NCBI GenBank assembly: GCA_002383685.1
Contig: DFZC01000051.1
Location: 575 to 64,574, forward strand
DNA: 64,000 nucleotides
Source of the DNA: Synergistaceae bacterium UBA4066
GTDB lineage: Bacteria; Synergistota; Synergistia; Synergistales; Thermovirgaceae
Reading direction: 5' to 3'
Numbering within the stretch: position 1 is the first letter of the stretch; the number at the start of each line of letters is the position of its first letter. Shown in pieces: positions 33,723-44,051 of the stretch. The notes under the pieces are model-generated. The model did not search any database and was not told where the DNA came from. It saw only the letters and a list, made by a program, of their open reading frames with translations. A program made the position numbers and the translations under genes.

Positions 33723-34784
33723 CTACCTCCACCATAACGGAGGTTCTGGGTCGAAGGGGCGCGGCAGATCCCTTCCACCTGAGGCTAACAGGATCTTTTC
33801 GTGCGCTACAGGATCGATACCGGCCCTTTCAAGATCCTCCCAGTCAATACCGGAGGTGAACGGGCAGGTGCTTATGCAGACCCCGCAGTCCGTACCCATC
33901 CTCCTCCAGGCTTGGTAGCATTTTTCCGCATCAAGGGCCCAGCTGACAGGAGCGCCTTCATCAGGCCCCCCTTCTGGAATGGCCCTCCCGGGACAATGCA
34001 TGGAGCACCTTCCGCATACGCTGCAGAAGCTTTTGACAACATCAGCCAATGGATCAGGGACGCCTGCCAAAAGGGGCATATCGGTCGTAACGACCGATAT
34101 CCTCGCGCACGGTCCAAAAACACGGTGGATGAGAAGACCACTGCGGCCGAAAACCCCAAGACCCGCATCAGCGGCGACCCTGGGAGCGACCACCAGGTAA
34201 TTGCCATTGGTATGGGCCCTGGCCTGGTAACCCATCTCCCTGATAACGTAGGCAAGGGCAATGGCCGCGATGCCAGACCTCAGGTATCCCATGGCGCTTT
34301 CGGCCATGACGGGTGCAAGGGGTCCCTTGTGGACCATCGAAGGGTTCATTGATGACAAAAGGGCGACGGCAAAAGGATGGCTCTCCTCTACCGGTTCCCC
34401 CCAGACCTCTTCTCGCCGCCCCCTGTGCGAGTAATAGGTGCCGGGCCTGATAGAGGAGATCCCCGCATCGTCTGCCCCGAGATACAGGGCTGCGCCTTTC
34501 ACCCATCGTGTAAGTCTTGCGGGGTCTCTCTCAACGGGATCAGAATGAGGCTCCCCCACGGAGATCGGGATCAAATCCGAGAGCATTCGAAAAACACCAC
34601 CGGTAAAAACCGACCCGGGATGGTCGTAGGTCGGGCACCCGGGTGAACCGAGACCCGGCAGGGACCGAAGCATTTCGTCGTTCTCAAATTTTTCGGGGTT
34701 GTCCGAATAGTATTCTTCAAAAAACCTTGAACCCTTCAAAAGCGCCATACGGGAAAAGATCGTGTCGCGTTCGTCGGCAATCAT
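33723..34784 (-). CDS. reductive-dehalogenase / epoxyqueuosine-reductase superfamily Fe-S protein (cytoplasmic, no TAT signal)
   Basis: Two 4Fe-4S motifs, CSVCGRCSMHCP and CGVCISTCP. The preceding AADAGLGVFGRSGLLIH resembles RdhA/QueG cores. Start set to ATG 34784 after GAGGAG. Confidence 0.65.
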   Translation of the reverse strand: MIADERDTIFSRMALLKGSRFFEEYYSDNPEKFENDEMLRSLPGLGSPGCPTYDHPGSVFTGGVFRMLSDLIPISVGEPHSDPVERDPARLTRWVKGAALYLGADDAGISSIRPGTYYSHRGRREEVWGEPVEESHPFAVALLSSMNPSMVHKGPLAPVMAESAMGYLRSGIAAIALAYVIREMGYQARAHTNGNYLVVAPRVAADAGLGVFGRSGLLIHRVFGPCARISVVTTDMPLLAGVPDPLADVVKSFCSVCGRCSMHCPGRAIPEGGPDEGAPVSWALDAEKCYQAWRRMGTDCGVCISTCPFTSGIDWEDLERAGIDPVAHEKILLASGGRDLPRPFDPEPPLWWR

Positions 34785-34830
34785 GGCTCGTCTCTCCTCG
34801 CCAAAAAAAGAACATCTATGTCGGGCACGC

Positions 34831-34864
34831 AAAAAAACGGCAGGCAAGTTACTCTTCTCCTGCC
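34831..34864 (-). terminator. rho-independent terminator after the M20 gene
   Basis: The minus strand reads ggcagg-14 nt loop-cctgcc-g-ttttttt. Confidence 0.5.
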
Positions 34865-34933
34865 TGGAGAACTCAGTTCAATTGTTGATCCAGGATCAGG
34901 CCGACCCTGGAAAAGCTTACAAGAAAACGGTCC

Positions 34934-36145
34934 TTAACTGCTTAGTTCGGCTTCTTTGAGCTCCTTCTCGAAATCCTCGCGGATACTCCTGCGAAGATCT
35001 TCATCCAGAAAAACCTCCAGTGCGATCCTGGCCATAAGTTTTGCCCCGGTCACCAGGGCCTCGTGGGCTCTGTCCTTAGTGGTGGCCTGGGCGAACTCGT
35101 GGGTGTGGGAGGCCATTACCTCGTCAACAATGCTCAGCTTCGGCTGGAGGGCAGGACAGCGGTATGAGACGTTGCCAACATCCGAAGAGCCCTTGGCGCC
35201 AGGAGACACAACGGTAGCTAGACCCAGCTCCTCCAGGATATCCTCGGCCAGTTTCTCAGCCGCATCATTCTTGAGCATGTCGTCAAAACTGTACTCGAAG
35301 TTGGTGAAATTCACCTCGGTGCCAGTTGCCAGGGCCGCCCCGCGCGCGCAGTTGTGAACTTTTTCCATGACATTTTCGAGCATGGGCCTCTTTGGCGCCC
35401 TGAAATAGAATTTCGCCGCCGCATGCTCGGGAACCACGTTGGGTGCCAGACCTCCCTCGGAGACGATGCCGTGCATCCTTACTACGGGAAGCACGTGCTG
35501 TCTCAACATGTCGATCGCATGGAAAAGCAGTTGTACCCCGTTAAGGGCGTTACGGCCAGCCCAGGGCTCACCCGCTGCGTGGGCGGGTTTTCCTGTAAAG
35601 CGGAACTCCACGGCATCCATGGCAAGGCTGGAATAACTCACATAGGTGTCCCTGTCGTTGCAATGGACCATCATGGCAAGATCCATTCCGTCGAAGACCC
35701 CTTTTTCAGCAAAGACCACCTTGGCCCCGTTGGTCTCCTCCGCGGGAGTGCCTATAAGGACAAGTTCGCCCTGTATCTCATCCATCACCCCTGACAGGGC
35801 CGCGGCCGCAAGGCCGGACATGGCGCCTGAAACGTTGTGGCCGCAACCGTGGCCGACGCCCGGGAGGGCGTCGTACTCGAACATCAGGCAGACCCTGGGA
35901 CCCCCGGGTTTCCCCTTGCTGGCAAAGAAAGACGCAGGTATGTCCATAAAGGGAGACTGAACATGGAACCCTGCCCTTTCGAGGAATTCGACATGCTTCC
36001 GGCACGCCTCGAATTCCTCACCTGAAAGTTCAGGATTCCGTGCCATCCAGTCGCTCATTTCAATGGCATCCCGGGCATAGCGGTCTATCTCCTTCTGTAC
36101 CTTGCCCCAATAAGATCCACTATTCACTTGAAACCCCCCAGTCAT
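34934..36145 (-). CDS. M20-family metallopeptidase / amidohydrolase (AbgB-like)
   Basis: 403 aa with ALPGVGHGCGHNVSGA and GTPAEE motifs. Confidence 0.8.
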   Translation of the reverse strand: MTGGFQVNSGSYWGKVQKEIDRYARDAIEMSDWMARNPELSGEEFEACRKHVEFLERAGFHVQSPFMDIPASFFASKGKPGGPRVCLMFEYDALPGVGHGCGHNVSGAMSGLAAAALSGVMDEIQGELVLIGTPAEETNGAKVVFAEKGVFDGMDLAMMVHCNDRDTYVSYSSLAMDAVEFRFTGKPAHAAGEPWAGRNALNGVQLLFHAIDMLRQHVLPVVRMHGIVSEGGLAPNVVPEHAAAKFYFRAPKRPMLENVMEKVHNCARGAALATGTEVNFTNFEYSFDDMLKNDAAEKLAEDILEELGLATVVSPGAKGSSDVGNVSYRCPALQPKLSIVDEVMASHTHEFAQATTKDRAHEALVTGAKLMARIALEVFLDEDLRRSIREDFEKELKEAELSS

Positions 36146-36148
36146 GAA

Positions 36149-37480
36149 CTATCGCAAAAGCATCTTCCCGGATGGAGGCTCTGTTACATTGCCATCCTCT
36201 ACTGCTATCTTGCCGTTAAGGATAACCCACTTGACCCCACGGGGCGGAACAAGGGGCTTTCCGAACTCCCCCCTGTCATGGTACACGTCAGGATCTATGA
36301 CCACCAGTTCTGCGTTCGCCCCCTCTATGATACGCCCTCCATCGTGCCACATCATCTCCGAGGGCCTGGAGGTAGCATGCCTGACCGCTTCCGGCCATGA
36401 CAGACCTGCTTTCCTGAGAATGCCTATACCCCTGGGGAAGGTCCCTGCCGCCCTGGGGTGTCCCTCGTCGCCCCTGAGGACCGCATCGGAAGCGATCGCG
36501 CTGTCCGGGTGAAGAAGGCACATGTCCACCTCGTCCGGGTTCATTACATGAGCGATAACGTAGGCATCGGGATCCTCTTCCCTGGCCTTTTTGAATGTTT
36601 CAGGGGTCAATGCGACACCCCTGTATTTACCGGTCGAGATATCCAGGGCTTCAAGTCCTTTCCCCAGCCTCTCTTCGAAGCCGGGGTCGAAAACCGCGGA
36701 TCCTATACGTGCCGCAAAGGCGTAGTAGGGATATACGTCAAAAGTCACATCAACACCTTCGGCCCTTGCCTGCCCTATCATCCTGAGTGCTTCCTCCGAG
36801 TGACCGAAGGCCGTCATGCTCCCCAGGTGGGACACCTGGACCCTTACACCGGTCCGTCTTGCAAGATCTATCGCTTCTGCAACTGCCCCCGGGCTTCTAT
36901 GACCATCACTCCTGATATGAATGGAAATGAGCCTCTTCTCGAATCCGGAGACCACCAGGGCGAGCCTGGTCAGTTCGTCGCTTGAGGTACCAGGAGCATA
37001 TTCAAGCCCGAATGAAAGCCCCCAGGCGCCCTCTTCAAGGTTTTCCCTGAGGAGCCCTTCCATGATGCTGATCTGTTCGTCCGTTGAGGGGGAATACCTG
37101 TCTTCGGAACCCGCGGCGCGCCTGAGCGTCGTAGCCCCGATCATGAACCCCATGTTGAGCAGAGGATTCTGCCGGAACCACTCCTTGTATTCCCTTATGG
37201 TGACCCCTTCCCCGCAGTGTCCGGCGAAGGCGGTCGTCACACCCTGCAGAAGAAGGAAACGGAGAACGGTGTACGGGTCCCCGATCCTGTGCTCAAAATG
37301 CATGTGAGTGTCAACCAGGCCGGGGAGAACCAGGAGGCCCCTGGCGTCGACCTCCCTTTCTCCCTGCGGCACATCAGACCCCAGGCAGGCTATCCTGTCC
37401 CCGGATATGCCCACATCCCCTCTGACTTCTTCCAGGGAGACGGGGTCTACTATCACCCCGTTCCTGATAACCAGATCCAT
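36149..37480 (-). CDS. amidohydrolase-superfamily D-aminoacylase-like enzyme
   Basis: Start at ATG 37480 (MDLVIRNGVIVD...). It has the PGLVDTHMHFEH metal-binding motif and a C-terminal DPDVY...VKWVILNGKI pattern typical of N-acyl-D-amino-acid deacylases. Confidence 0.65.
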   Translation of the reverse strand: MDLVIRNGVIVDPVSLEEVRGDVGISGDRIACLGSDVPQGEREVDARGLLVLPGLVDTHMHFEHRIGDPYTVLRFLLLQGVTTAFAGHCGEGVTIREYKEWFRQNPLLNMGFMIGATTLRRAAGSEDRYSPSTDEQISIMEGLLRENLEEGAWGLSFGLEYAPGTSSDELTRLALVVSGFEKRLISIHIRSDGHRSPGAVAEAIDLARRTGVRVQVSHLGSMTAFGHSEEALRMIGQARAEGVDVTFDVYPYYAFAARIGSAVFDPGFEERLGKGLEALDISTGKYRGVALTPETFKKAREEDPDAYVIAHVMNPDEVDMCLLHPDSAIASDAVLRGDEGHPRAAGTFPRGIGILRKAGLSWPEAVRHATSRPSEMMWHDGGRIIEGANAELVVIDPDVYHDRGEFGKPLVPPRGVKWVILNGKIAVEDGNVTEPPSGKMLLR

Positions 37481-37499
37481 CTTCACTGACTGTCCCCCC

Positions 37500-38705
37500 T
37501 TATTCCAGTCCGCAGTACTTCGCGGCAATGGAGACGTAGGTCCTGAAACCCTCGTGCAGTTCATCCACTGTTATGTATTCGGCCTTGCTGTGGGACCTGG
37601 AAAGGCTTCCCGGCCCGAACACCACCGTAGGGATCTTCCCGTAGTGGCCGAAGATCGCAGCGTCGGTCCAGCCCCTCCTGGTGGTCATACGGGGTTCGAC
37701 ACCGCTGACATCCCTTATCGATCGCGTTACAGCTTCCACAATGGGGTCATCGGGTGACGTCTCAAGCGGAACGTGGTGGAAGTGGGCCATGGTTCCTATG
37801 TCCATAAGCCTGAGTTCGGCCTTGAACGTGGGATCCTCCCTGGATAGATCGTTCAGTATCTGTTGATATTCAGATATAACTTCTTCGAGCGATTCCGATG
37901 ATATGTACCGGCGATCCATCCTTACGATGCAGCTGTCCGCTACAGTACTTGGCTGGGTGCCACCTTCGATCCGGCCGAAATTCATTACCGATGGGCCCAT
38001 ATGGGGGTGGTCCCTCTCGGCCAGTTTCGGGGCCAGTTCCTTCTCCACACGGCAGATGAATTTCGCGGCGTGGACTATGGCGTTGATCCCCTCCCGGGGA
38101 ACGCCTCCGTGAGCCGTCTTGCCGAAGAACTCCACCTCTATCCACTCCAGTCCCCTGTGGCCTATGGCGTACTCCCTGTCGGAGGGCTCCCCGACTATGG
38201 CTGCGTCGGACTTGAAACCTGACCGGATGAGCGTCTCGCTTCCATCGCTGTTGGTCTCCTCCGCCAGCACACCTGCGAAGACCAGGTCGCCCTTGAGGGT
38301 TACACCTGCCCGCCTGTATGCCGCAAGGGTCATAAGCATTGCAGCGACTGGCCCTTTCATGTCAACTGCTCCACGGCCGTAGATCTTCCCATCTACCATT
38401 TCGGCCGCAAAGGGATCTACCTCCATGTCGTAAGGGGGCACAGTGTCGAGGTGGCCGGAAAGGGCAAGACTTTTCCCGCCCCCGCTGCCCGGGATGGTAG
38501 CGATTATGTTGTTTCTTTTACCTTCCACCAACTGAAGGCGGAAAGGAATATTTTCCTTTGTCAGAAAATCGGCAACGGCCTCGACCATTTCTATCTCTTT
38601 TGTCGGAACATCCCAGTGGCTCGGTATCCGGATGAGATCAGAAGTCAACCCGGCGATCTCGTCGGGGGTTACCTGTGAAATAACTTTTGAAACAGCCTGC
38701 TCCAT
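37500..38705 (-). CDS. M20-family peptidase (ArgE/DapE/acetylornithine deacetylase-like)
   Basis: LALSGHLDTVPP, GRGAVDMKG and LAEETNS motifs. Start set to ATG 38705. Confidence 0.8.
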   Translation of the reverse strand: MEQAVSKVISQVTPDEIAGLTSDLIRIPSHWDVPTKEIEMVEAVADFLTKENIPFRLQLVEGKRNNIIATIPGSGGGKSLALSGHLDTVPPYDMEVDPFAAEMVDGKIYGRGAVDMKGPVAAMLMTLAAYRRAGVTLKGDLVFAGVLAEETNSDGSETLIRSGFKSDAAIVGEPSDREYAIGHRGLEWIEVEFFGKTAHGGVPREGINAIVHAAKFICRVEKELAPKLAERDHPHMGPSVMNFGRIEGGTQPSTVADSCIVRMDRRYISSESLEEVISEYQQILNDLSREDPTFKAELRLMDIGTMAHFHHVPLETSPDDPIVEAVTRSIRDVSGVEPRMTTRRGWTDAAIFGHYGKIPTVVFGPGSLSRSHSKAEYITVDELHEGFRTYVSIAAKYCGLE

Positions 38706-38839
38706 GAAAAACACCCCTTTTCTGAACTGCCTGGGCAGGTTGCGGATCCATAAACCGGTTAGAAACTTGACCGCAAAACACCCTGTGAGTTACCCCCGGA
38801 AAGTCCAACATCCGCTGATGTGGGATATCTCCCTAAGGT

Positions 38840-39982
38840 TTATCCCAAAACCTTGCAGGCAATGTCTGCCAGTATCGACACACCGTCAAGAAGAGCGTCC
38901 TTGTTGAAGGTCATATCAGGGTGATGGAGTCCGGGAACAAGATCGCAACCCAGACCTATATAGGTAGTCTTGAGCTCAGGTTTAGCCTTGACGTACTCAT
39001 GAAAATCTTCTGCTCCTGTTGTCCCCCTGATCCCGAGTAGCCCCTCTTCTCCAAGGATCTCCCGGATGGAATCTTCCGCTATACGGATCATTTCATCATT
39101 GAACACAGCGGCAGGAAGGCCTGGTATTTTCCGAACTGCCGCTCCACAACCGATCGTGGAAGCCCCTGTAATTATCGCTCTCTCGACCTTGTCCAGCAAT
39201 TCTTCCATCACTTCATTCGTATTTGCGCGGAGGTCGATCCCCAATTCTCCTTTCTCAGGAATGGATGAATAATTCGCCCCGCCTGCCTTGACAGCCGTAA
39301 CCTTTGCCGAGGACGGGACGACCGGATCCACCCAGATGGCATTAACAGCATTTACCACTGCAGCTATTGCATCCACCGCATTCTTCCCAAGGTGGGGCCT
39401 CCCTCCATGAGCAGCCGTTCCTGTTATTTCCGCCGTAACCGTCGCCAGGGCCCCATGCTTCAGGGCGGATACCGCCTGACCATACTTTGCTTCCTGGATC
39501 GGCCTCAGGTGAATGCCGACGCACATGTCCATATCCTCAAGGACACCGTCGGCGATCATCGCCCTGGCTCCGCTCGTCTCTTCCTGTTCCTCCGATGGCT
39601 GGAAGATCAATTTAAGGGAACCTTTCCTTACCAGTCCAAGTTCCCTGGCAGCCAAACCAGCAAAAAGACCCATGGTCGAATGTGCATCGTGTCCGCATGA
39701 ATGGATAGCCCGCAGCTCGCCATCGATCATATGTCCCAGGGCATCCATATCTGCCCTGATCCCAAGAACAGGACCTGGTTCATTTCCATGTACGTATGTC
39801 ACCAGCCCTGTATTGCCCACTCCTCTGGCAACCTGAAAACCCCTGTCCTCAAGGTAGTCAGCAATGAAGGCAGATGTCCTGAATTCCTGCATGGACAGTT
39901 CGGGCATTCCGTGGAGATCATCAAAGACCCGAAATATCTCCTGTTTCCTGTTTTCCGCGAATTCCCTGATATTCTTTTCCAT
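38840..39982 (-). CDS. M20D-family amidohydrolase (N-acyl-L-amino acid amidohydrolase / hippuricase-like)
   Basis: IHSCGHDAHSTM and FQPSEE motifs. Confidence 0.8.
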   Translation of the reverse strand: MEKNIREFAENRKQEIFRVFDDLHGMPELSMQEFRTSAFIADYLEDRGFQVARGVGNTGLVTYVHGNEPGPVLGIRADMDALGHMIDGELRAIHSCGHDAHSTMGLFAGLAARELGLVRKGSLKLIFQPSEEQEETSGARAMIADGVLEDMDMCVGIHLRPIQEAKYGQAVSALKHGALATVTAEITGTAAHGGRPHLGKNAVDAIAAVVNAVNAIWVDPVVPSSAKVTAVKAGGANYSSIPEKGELGIDLRANTNEVMEELLDKVERAIITGASTIGCGAAVRKIPGLPAAVFNDEMIRIAEDSIREILGEEGLLGIRGTTGAEDFHEYVKAKPELKTTYIGLGCDLVPGLHHPDMTFNKDALLDGVSILADIACKVLG

Positions 39983-40047
39983 GGCAGATGCTCCTTTCTC
40001 TATCTTGAGGTCCCAAACCCCTTGCTCAAAAAACGGAACCTGAGAAG

Positions 40048-40091
40048 ATGATAACCAGGCCCATTTCCCGGAAGGAGGGCCTGGTTATCAT
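40048..40091. other. 15-bp perfect hairpin downstream of the YfcC-like gene
   Basis: atgataaccaggccc-14 nt loop-gggcctggttatcat. On the minus strand a T6 run follows only after about 15 nt, so this is not a canonical terminator. Confidence 0.6.
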
Positions 40092-40155
40092 GGTTAACCC
40101 TTTTGCATTACCTGCCTGTTGGGGTAGATCCCAAACAACCCGGCCTTGCCCTGCC

Positions 40156-41571
40156 CTAGAATGGGCCAAGCTCGATCAGTGAAGCAACAAAAACTGAAAC
40201 AGCACCGACAAGGGACCAGAGTGCTACAAGCTTCCAGTTGTATTTCAACCATCGGTCATAAGGCACCTTCGCTAGTGCAAGTATCCCCAAAAGAGCTCCG
40301 GAAGTGGGAATGATCTGGTTAGAGAAGGCATCTCCGTACTGGAACGCCAAAACAGCGGTCTGGCGGGTGATACCCAGAACATCTGCCAGCGGGGACATGA
40401 TCGGCATAACGGTGGCCGCCTGGCCGCTTCCGGAAGGTATGAAGAAATTGATTATGGAGTTGACGACGAACATACCAACAGCAGTGATCTGATTCGGAAG
40501 CCAACTTACGGTCATTGCCAGTCCATGGATCATAGAATCCATGATCTGCCCCTGCTCCATGACGACAAGGATGACCCTGGCAAGACCCACAACAAGGGCA
40601 CCGAAGCAGATGTCGCGGGCACCCTGGACAAACGATCTTGCCATCTGGTTCATGGTGCGCCTGCCTATTATAGAGACGATTATGGCCAGAAGAATGAACA
40701 GGGCGGATATCTCGTTAATGTACCAGCCCTGTTTCAGGACCCCGTAAACCATGTAGGCCACACCGGCGATCAGTACTGCCAGTTCAAGCTTGTGGCGGCC
40801 TGTGAATTCCGGGACCGAGATCTCGGTGTCGTCCACTACATAGTCCCTTTCGATCCCGTAAAGGACGCTGCTTGTCGGGTCTGCCTTGACCTTTGCGGCA
40901 TATCGGAGCACGTACCATACGGCTATAACGTAGAGAACAACGTAAAAGATCGAGCGATATGCCAGGGCAGAATAGAGAGGAAGTTCAGAGATCCCCTGAG
41001 CAACCCCGACTGTAAAGGGGTTGAGCATCCCTCCGGAGAACCCTATAGCCGCCCCCGTTGAGACCATTGCCACTCCGACAATATCGTCATAGCCGAACCC
41101 TCTCGAAAGGGCAATGGCTATAGGCACAAAAGGTATGACTTCTTCAGCAGCCCCGATGGTGAAACCCAGTATGGAGAAAAGGAACATAATTACCGGGATT
41201 ATCAGTTTGTCCCTGTCTCTGAACTTGTCGATGACCCTGGAAATGCCGGCATCTATTGAGCCGGTCGACTTGATCATTGTGAAAGCTCCCCCCATGATGA
41301 AAACCAGGAAGACGATATTCGCTGCCCTGATCATTCCGAGAGGGATGGCCTTGAACATGTTAAAGAACGAAACCGGGGTCTGATCTACATAATGGAAAGA
41401 AGCAACATCTACAATTGTCCTCCCGGTTATAGCATCTTTTACCCTGTCGTATACCCCGGCGGGTATAAAGTAAGTGCCTATGGTAGCAAGGACTATTATG
41501 ATAAACAAAATCACATAAGTATGAGGAACCTCGAACTTTCTGGGAATAGTCTCTTTTTTGGAGCTGCTCAT
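40156..41571 (-). CDS. YfcC / DcuC-type anaerobic carrier family transporter
   Basis: 471-aa polytopic protein. The N-terminal pattern FEVPHTYVILFIIIVLATIGTYFIPAGVYDR is typical of YfcC-family proteins. Confidence 0.75.
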   Translation of the reverse strand: MSSSKKETIPRKFEVPHTYVILFIIIVLATIGTYFIPAGVYDRVKDAITGRTIVDVASFHYVDQTPVSFFNMFKAIPLGMIRAANIVFLVFIMGGAFTMIKSTGSIDAGISRVIDKFRDRDKLIIPVIMFLFSILGFTIGAAEEVIPFVPIAIALSRGFGYDDIVGVAMVSTGAAIGFSGGMLNPFTVGVAQGISELPLYSALAYRSIFYVVLYVIAVWYVLRYAAKVKADPTSSVLYGIERDYVVDDTEISVPEFTGRHKLELAVLIAGVAYMVYGVLKQGWYINEISALFILLAIIVSIIGRRTMNQMARSFVQGARDICFGALVVGLARVILVVMEQGQIMDSMIHGLAMTVSWLPNQITAVGMFVVNSIINFFIPSGSGQAATVMPIMSPLADVLGITRQTAVLAFQYGDAFSNQIIPTSGALLGILALAKVPYDRWLKYNWKLVALWSLVGAVSVFVASLIELGPF

Positions 41572-41715
41572 TCTTTAACCCTCCTTTTCTGATTTGCTAC
41601 ATTCGGAAATGTCTTACCCTTCTGCAAATTGCACAGCACAGAGAAAAAGCCGTCGTAAGAACCTCTTGCACCACCCCTTTCGAATAAAGTTAAAGCCCCT
41701 GGATCTTCCGGCAAG

Positions 41716-42765
41716 TTACATGAAGGCTCTCGGGAAAGGCATATCCAGCATTGTTGCGAGACCTGCCGGTGCATCCACAACAAAGGGGATCATATTGACC
41801 GCCATCGCGATCGTTCCGATACCCCCGGGCACCTCCGGTTTAATGGCCATGTTGACCGAGGAGGAGCTTCCCTCAATTCTTATAAAATCACCTGTTTCGA
41901 TGCCCTCAAGATGGGGATGGATCTGTTGGGGATGTTCCAGAGTGATCAAGGCAGTTCCGTTTTTAATGCCTCTGACAATGTGATTGCAGCCAGCAACCAT
42001 TCCCGGTCCGACTTCAACATGTGGTGTCTTTCTTGATACTGCTGAAAGGATAGGCTCTCTCGTCTCAATAATTTCATCGAGTTCCCATCCCAGCGCGTCT
42101 GCTATCATATTCACGGATTGCAAAAATCCGATGTGACCTGTGATCGTTCCTTCCTCTATCCCCTTCCTGAACTCGTCAGGACTAGTACCTACGCCCTGGG
42201 TTTTCATGACCAGTCTTCCGAAAGGAGAAAGGTCGTTGATCCTTGATGCGTGTATCGACAAGACCTCTTCAAATGACCCTGTAAGGGTCAGCACCAGAGT
42301 ATCGAGAATAAAGCCAGGGTTTACTCCTGTCCCAAGGATCGTGACATCGTTCTTTTTTGCGGCCCTGTCCATATCCAGAGACAGATCGGGGGCTGTTATA
42401 TGAGGGTAGGACATCTCCTCGGCAATGGAAATGACGTTTTTGCCGGATCCAACCATCTTAAGGATATCCGTGAAAGCTTCTTTTACAAACGACGTAGTTG
42501 CCTGGATTACAACATCGGCATCCTTTGAAAGAGCCTCATCAAGGGAAGATACCGCTATCCCCGTTTTTTCGCTCAATTCGAGGACATCACCCAGGTCCTT
42601 GCCGTGTTTGTCACTGCGTGCAGCAACAGCACCTACAACTTCCACCAAATGCCCTTTTCCCAGCAGGAGCCTGGCGATCCCGCTCCCCATGGCACCCAGG
42701 CCAACAATAATAACTTTCTTTCGATCCGATCCTTCACTGATCAAACTTTTCCTGATACTAACCAT
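41716..42765 (-). CDS. NAD(P)-dependent amine dehydrogenase family protein (2,4-diaminopentanoate dehydrogenase-like)
   Basis: 349 aa. A Rossmann N-terminus KKVIIVGLGAMGSGIARLLL is followed by a DapB-like C-terminal region, which resembles Ord/AmDH enzymes as I recall them. Confidence 0.55.
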   Translation of the reverse strand: MVSIRKSLISEGSDRKKVIIVGLGAMGSGIARLLLGKGHLVEVVGAVAARSDKHGKDLGDVLELSEKTGIAVSSLDEALSKDADVVIQATTSFVKEAFTDILKMVGSGKNVISIAEEMSYPHITAPDLSLDMDRAAKKNDVTILGTGVNPGFILDTLVLTLTGSFEEVLSIHASRINDLSPFGRLVMKTQGVGTSPDEFRKGIEEGTITGHIGFLQSVNMIADALGWELDEIIETREPILSAVSRKTPHVEVGPGMVAGCNHIVRGIKNGTALITLEHPQQIHPHLEGIETGDFIRIEGSSSSVNMAIKPEVPGGIGTIAMAVNMIPFVVDAPAGLATMLDMPFPRAFM

Positions 42766-42865
42766 CTTCGATCATCCTCTTCTAAATCGGATAAGGTTAA
42801 ATATGAACAATAAGTGCAATTTCCCCTTTTGATACCTTCTCTTTGCAATAAGCCATATTTCAGGC

Positions 42866-44017
42866 CTATTGAAGGGCCTGGATTATCAGCTTCGTAAACA
42901 GGACCATGCAGAAGATAGCCGCCGGGTAGGTAGCGCCATACCCTGCAGATGACTCGTCGTACCCGGTGGCTTCAATGGCAGCGCCAAGTCCCGGAGTACT
43001 GGTCATAGCCCCCGGGATCGCCCCGAGGAACACGATCCAGTTGATCCTGAAGATCCATCTTCCGACAATGAGCCCTACCAGAAGGCTGACGGTGGCGGAA
43101 ACACCTCCGATAAGCACGAGGGCTACCCCGTGCTCCGCCAGTATCCTGGGGATGTCCGGCCCGGCCTGGATACCCATGACGGCCAGGAAGTAAGCAAGAG
43201 AAAAGGTTCGTAGAGCCGCAAGCACGGAAGCATCAAGGCGCATGGGGAATGGGCCTATTTTGCCCCGGGCACCCGCGAAAAGAGCGAAGATAAGTGCTCC
43301 CCCAGTGCTGCCGAGCGAAAAAGTGCCCACGAAAGGCAAGGGAACAGAAATGGAGCCGAAGATCACTCCCCCTATCATGCAAAGGACAAACGAGGCAAGC
43401 GTGAAGGGAACAGAAGATCTCTCCTCCTTGCCACCGGAACTGCCCCCGTCTATCTCGCTGGCAAGGAGTTCCTTCTCGCGTGAAAAGTCGACCTTGAAAA
43501 GGACCGGGACAAGCTGGACAAACAGAACGACAGATATCACCCCGAAGGGGTAGGCTATGGTGTAGCCAATGGTTATTAAAGGATCGCCCCCGGATATCTC
43601 CAGTGCGGCGCCGAGACCAGGGGAACTCGTAAGGGCTCCGGTATATGTACCCCCCACAAGAAGGGGTTCCACTGTACCGGAGAAAGCCAGGGCCATGAGG
43701 TAGGTAGCCAGGGCCCCCGCAGCCGTTACGGAAACGGAAAGGATCACGAAACGGAAACCGTATCTTTTAACAACGCTGACGATGTCTTTTGAAGAAAGGA
43801 GCCCCACGGCGGTAACGAAGATCAGCAGGTTCCACATGAAAAATACAGTCGGAACCTTCACTCCGAGCCAGCCCATCAGAAGCCCCGTAAAGAGCGCACC
43901 CGAGGTGCCCAGTGAAACCCCTCCTAACTTTACCGCTCCAAGGCAAAGACCGGAGAAAACTGCGACGGTCAGCATGAATATGGGGTTAGCGATCAGGGAA
44001 CCAAAATACTGCTGCAT
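42866..44017 (-). CDS. AspT/YidE/YbjL-type transporter (duplicated Asp-Al_Ex domains, no TrkA-C)
   Basis: Start at ATG 44017 after GGAAGGAG. The pattern is FMLTVAVFSGLCLGAVKLGGVSLGTSGALFTGLLMGWLG. Confidence 0.7.
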   Translation of the reverse strand: MQQYFGSLIANPIFMLTVAVFSGLCLGAVKLGGVSLGTSGALFTGLLMGWLGVKVPTVFFMWNLLIFVTAVGLLSSKDIVSVVKRYGFRFVILSVSVTAAGALATYLMALAFSGTVEPLLVGGTYTGALTSSPGLGAALEISGGDPLITIGYTIAYPFGVISVVLFVQLVPVLFKVDFSREKELLASEIDGGSSGGKEERSSVPFTLASFVLCMIGGVIFGSISVPLPFVGTFSLGSTGGALIFALFAGARGKIGPFPMRLDASVLAALRTFSLAYFLAVMGIQAGPDIPRILAEHGVALVLIGGVSATVSLLVGLIVGRWIFRINWIVFLGAIPGAMTSTPGLGAAIEATGYDESSAGYGATYPAAIFCMVLFTKLIIQALQ

Positions 44018-44051
44018 CTCTGTGACTCCTTCCCTATCTGGGTCAGGTACC

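Noticed and set aside
40090-40182. 30-codon plus-strand ORF with a strong RBS emerging from the 15-bp hairpin
   Set aside because: It overlaps the 3' end of the well-supported yfcC-like gene on the opposite strand and has a Cys/Pro/Trp-rich, non-conserved-looking sequence. The RBS-like string is part of the hairpin loop and arm.
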